A stretch of 64,000 nt of DNA, from NCBI GenBank assembly GCA_963715865.1, contig OY970280.1, positions 1,568,001-1,632,000 of the forward strand, in the 5' to 3' direction. The notes below the pieces were generated by a model, which searched no databases, was not told the origin of the DNA, and saw only the letters and a list, made by a program, of their open reading frames with translations. The stretch is from Candidatus Bathyarchaeota archaeon. GTDB taxonomy: Archaea; Thermoproteota; Bathyarchaeia; Bathyarchaeales; Bathycorpusculaceae. Shown here one piece after another: positions 62,001 to 64,000 of this stretch. Numbering within the stretch: the first letter of the stretch is position 1; each line of letters begins with the position of its first letter. The translations under genes were made by a program, and so were the position numbers.

Positions 62001-62474
62001 TTATCTTTTTGCTTTTTCCACTAGTTTTACATAGTCTGAGTGTACTGTGATTGGCAAAGTGAATGTTGCCTCAAGCAATTCGAGGGTAACTTCGCCTTTT
62101 GACTTGTCGAGTCTTGTGATTTTGGCTCGCATGCCTTTGAACGGTCCACCAGTGATTTCGACAACATCATCCTCATTTAGGTCTTCCATGACTGGTTTTC
62201 GAACAATGTATCGTTCTATTTCGTTGAAGCTTACGAGCCCAGGGATTCTGGAGCGGACGTGTCTTAAGCCTGCGATGGCTTCTTCCACTAAATGTGGTCC
62301 ATCAGCTTCAACAAACACATATCCTTTTAACGTATCTGGTACAAGAAGAGCTTTTATGGGAATGCGGTTCATTTCAACTTTTGAAGCTATCAATCGTGCT
62401 ACGTTGCGTTCTTGTCCTGTTGTGGTTTTGACAACGAAAATTTTTGCTTGCATTTGCTCTTCTTTTTTATCCAT
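62001..62474 (-). CDS. spt5: Transcription elongation factor Spt5/NusG
   Basis: KTTTGQE, KGYVFVEA, GPFKG (KOW). Confidence 0.96.
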   Translation of the reverse strand: MDKKEEQMQAKIFVVKTTTGQERNVARLIASKVEMNRIPIKALLVPDTLKGYVFVEADGPHLVEEAIAGLRHVRSRIPGLVSFNEIERYIVRKPVMEDLNEDDVVEITGGPFKGMRAKITRLDKSKGEVTLELLEATFTLPITVHSDYVKLVEKAKR

Positions 62475-62486
62475 AAATTTTCATTC

Positions 62487-62675
62487 CTAAGCTGATGCAC
62501 CTGTAGTTGCGCCGCTTATTGCGTAAGTTAAGAGTTTAATTACGAAACCGATTAAACCAATTGCTCCTATGCCTAGGAGGCTGATTTTTATTGATAGCCA
62601 AAGCTCGTCTCTTCCCGGTTTTATAGCTAGCTTTAAGGTTCTTGATGCCTGCGTTAGCCAAGATTTTATTCCCAT
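62487..62675 (-). CDS. secE: Protein translocase SecE/Sec61-gamma
   Basis: LKLAIKPGRDELW...GLIGFVI; conserved position before spt5. Confidence 0.9.
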   Translation of the reverse strand: MGIKSWLTQASRTLKLAIKPGRDELWLSIKISLLGIGAIGLIGFVIKLLTYAISGATTGASA

Positions 62676-62793
62676 ATTTATCGCACACTCAAGATTTCAT
62701 TTATGAATAATAAACATTACTGTAACTTAGAGTTTAAAAACTACTTTATCAAGACTTTTAAAGTTATCTTAACGAGGCATAACGTATTTTTGG

Positions 62794-63618
62794 TTAAACT
62801 TTCTTGAAAGGCAACCCAACATCCTGCAGCGCCGATAACAGTTTTGGCTTGTCTTGGCTTCTGATTCCTTTCCAATCAAGAATCGCCAACGAAACTTTCT
62901 CCAAAGTTTTCTCGATGCATTGCGATAATATTTCAGAATCAATAATGGAGACAGCGTATTTGGGAATCATGTGGCCAAAAACGGCTTCGCCAGCCAAAGC
63001 CATACGCGTGAACTTTTGGTTGTAGTGCGTTCCGCCTATTCCAACAACTGCTGAATTAGCGGTTTTCGGGAAATTGGCGATTGCAGACATTGCGGAGTGG
63101 GCAACGGCTTGTGCAGCTTTGGAATCGCTCCATTGCGCTGGGGAGCTGCCTAACTCAACAAACATCGCTGGCACATTCAAACTTGGACCATGATGTGTGC
63201 ACTCGTAGGATACTTCATAGTCGAGGCTTAATTCTTCTTTGTAGTGCAATAGTGCTTTTAACGCGTCACGCATTGCGGTTGCAGGGGAAACTGAGATTTT
63301 TCTGGGCAATCCGCCTAGTTCTGCATCGCCAAGGTTTCCTGGCGTGTGGACGGATAGGGTTGGTTTGCCACTTGCGCTGCTGTGTCTGGAGATAAAGACG
63401 ATTAAGTCTGCGTTTGGAAAGTTGTCGGGTAGGTTTTGTGCTTTAACAGATTCTTCGCTTAAAGTCGCAAGCGTCATGTTTTTACCGTTTAAGTCAGCGG
63501 TGTAGAGTGGGGTTTGCTGGAAGGCTTCAGCGGTTTTGTTGAAGGGGTAGTGGTTGAGGATTTGCTGTTTGATGTTCAGGCTTGCAGTGTCCTTGTTTGA
63601 GGCTACAATAAGAATCAT
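62794..63618 (-). CDS. dtdA: D-aminoacyl-tRNA deacylase (DTD2/GEK1 type)
   Basis: FISRH, SVHTPGN, ECTHHGPS, FVELGS, GIGGTHY, GHMIPKY. Confidence 0.92.
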   Translation of the reverse strand: MILIVASNKDTASLNIKQQILNHYPFNKTAEAFQQTPLYTADLNGKNMTLATLSEESVKAQNLPDNFPNADLIVFISRHSSASGKPTLSVHTPGNLGDAELGGLPRKISVSPATAMRDALKALLHYKEELSLDYEVSYECTHHGPSLNVPAMFVELGSSPAQWSDSKAAQAVAHSAMSAIANFPKTANSAVVGIGGTHYNQKFTRMALAGEAVFGHMIPKYAVSIIDSEILSQCIEKTLEKVSLAILDWKGIRSQDKPKLLSALQDVGLPFKKV

Positions 63619-63717
63619 GCTGGTTCTCTTCGTTATAGTGTGTTGTTTGGATGAAAAGGTTTTCCATAAAGCTTATAATTGCTGGCTTGGTCAGCGTTAC
63701 TGGAAGGCAAAGTAAAG

Positions 63718-64000
63718 ATGCATTTGATTAATTTCAAAGAGTTATCTGGTCAAGAGCTTGATGCGCTAGTTGATTTAGGCGTTGAAGTTAAGCATAACCC
63801 TAAAAAATACCGTAAAGCGTTTGAGGGTAAGTCGGCTGCGTTGATTTTTCAGAAAACTTCCACTCGCACAAGGGTTGCTTTTGAAGTGGCGATGACGCAG
63901 CTTGGCGGTCACGGTTTGTTTATTGATTGGAGAACCACGAATTTCACGTTAGCTGACATATCGGATGAAGTTCAGTATTTGTCGCGTAATGTTGACTGCA
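63718..64000 (+). CDS. argF: Ornithine carbamoyltransferase, N-terminal part (runs off the window; not in ORF track)
   Basis: MHLINFKELS...FQKTSTRTRVAFEVAMTQLGG; STRT carbamoyl-phosphate motif. Confidence 0.88.
   Translation, partial: MHLINFKELSGQELDALVDLGVEVKHNPKKYRKAFEGKSAALIFQKTSTRTRVAFEVAMTQLGGHGLFIDWRTTNFTLADISDEVQYLSRNVDC

Overview
Archaeal chromosomal window, most consistent with Bathyarchaeia (TACK). Evidence: TBP, Spt5, SecE, the rpl11-rpl1-rpl10 cluster, a Cren7-like ORF, and TrmB/Lrp regulators beside large secreted PQQ-type beta-propeller genes. Core content: metY-metX-metW with a divergent HTH-CBS regulator; aguB-aguA; a Ni-type ECF transporter with candidate NikR operators plus larB/larC/larE and larA; cysS, prs, trm11, rnz, mtaB, a ThiI-like enzyme, pyrE, ard1 and a partial argF; tRNA-Gln(CUG) and tRNA-Arg(UCU). 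Accessory content: (1) a decayed island at the tRNA-Arg 3' end with three att-like copies, an integrase relic split by a complete IS481-type element, and an orphan prenyltransferase-repeat membrane protein; (2) a tandem cassette at 51.5-59.7 kb of surface beta-propeller genes with a double Lrp regulator, a TrmB regulator broken at a C6G11 tract, a conserved upstream operator, and a repeated ~110-nt structured element with bulge-helix-bulge-like geometry. Several real small ORFs are missing from the supplied ORF track. Single-base indels cluster between 42.6 and 59.3 kb, so some apparent pseudogenes there may be sequencing errors. All calls come from reading the sequence and recalling families; no searches were run and identities are counted by eye.
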